From Ramazzottius varieornatus (taxonomy: Eukaryota > Animalia > Tardigrada), in assembly GCA_001949185.1 (NCBI GenBank), contig BDGG01000001.1, positions 1,982,478 to 2,046,477 on the forward strand: a stretch of 64,000 bases of DNA, given 5' to 3'. This document shows, one piece after another, positions 63,381 through 64,000 of the stretch. The stretch's first letter is position 1. The number at the start of each line of letters is the position of its first letter. Under the pieces are notes generated by a model, which ran no database searches, was not told where the DNA came from, and was given only the letters and a program-made list of their open reading frames with translations. The position numbers and the translations under genes were made by a program.

Positions 63381-63421
63381 ACGCCTTCATGTCTTCACGC
63401 CTTCATGTCTTCCCGCCTTCA
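63381..63421. repeat. 16-bp tandem repeat, ~2.5 copies
   Basis: acgccttcatgtcttc x2 followed by ccgccttca. Confidence 0.85.
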
Positions 63422-63618
63422 AGAGGGTTTGTAAGAAGCGATCCGAGGGAGATCAGTTTAGAATATATTCCACCAGCGATGTCGATAATCCAGTTACAGC
63501 CTGCAGGTATATCCATCCACCCTCGTGTTCGCCAACTGTTGTAAGATTACAACCTCTCACTTCCCTTGCACGAAGACCTGCTTACCGATCGCGCTATCCA
63601 TCTTTCAAGATTATTAAA

Positions 63619-63973
63619 ATGTGGCATAGATATTCCGGCCCTTCAGTCTTTTTGTTAATGGGTCATTTCCTCACCAGTTCCGCGCAGTTCTTCACTAGTA
63701 CTCGTACGCCATCGAATGCCACGATCAGTTTGAATATTTGTCTGTCTCTAGAAACTCCGCCGTTGCTGACGGAAATTTTCAGCTACATACGAACAGCGGC
63801 GGCTGTAGATATCGCTGTTGACCAGGCCAACTCGTATGTTCTCCCGTCGAACATCCAGGTGAAGCTACATTTCCGGGATGCGGGACCTGATTGCTTTTCG
63901 GTCCAAGGACCCATCGTCGGTGCACTGGACTTGGTCATGCAAAATATCCAATGCCACGTTTACGTTGGACCAG
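63619..63973 (+). CDS. First exon of a receptor-type guanylate cyclase / natriuretic peptide receptor (ANF-receptor ectodomain); continues beyond the window
   Basis: Signal-like N-terminus, then IFSYIRTAAAVDIAVDQANSYVLP...FRDAGPDC...CHVYVGP followed by a GT donor at 63974. Confidence 0.75.
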
Positions 63974-64000
63974 GTACTATTTTCTCAGCTTTGACAGAAA

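Overview
Compact, intron-rich invertebrate genomic DNA. The short introns, dense genes and receptor guanylate cyclase suggest a tardigrade such as Ramazzottius, but that is inference. About 17 spliced protein-coding genes can be reconstructed: a CNG channel alpha subunit, an enolase-4-like gene, androglobin, a GNW-motif axonemal protein, a MATH-BTB/SPOP-like gene, a zf-C3Hc3H protein, MMD/PAQR, a boule-like RRM protein, CFAP210-like, calbindin/secretagogin-like, SAXO4-like, an ADAM without a protease domain, a FERM protein, a membrane-anchored degenerate ACBP that is mostly missing from the ORF track, DDX6, a Gly/Tyr-rich secreted protein and the start of a receptor guanylate cyclase. The most striking non-coding signal is a dispersed ~110-bp palindromic element with core CAAGTGGCGCAC-N25-GTGCGCCACTTG inside longer inverted arms. 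It occurs at 24 loci (28 units), about 20 of them in predicted introns and none in predicted coding exons. Spacer sequence is very divergent, yet spacer length is held at 25 bp in 20 of 28 units (hand count). The window also holds a hAT-like non-autonomous element, a perfect 18-bp hairpin, short tandem duplications and one assembly gap. All family assignments come from motif recognition by eye; no database searches were run.
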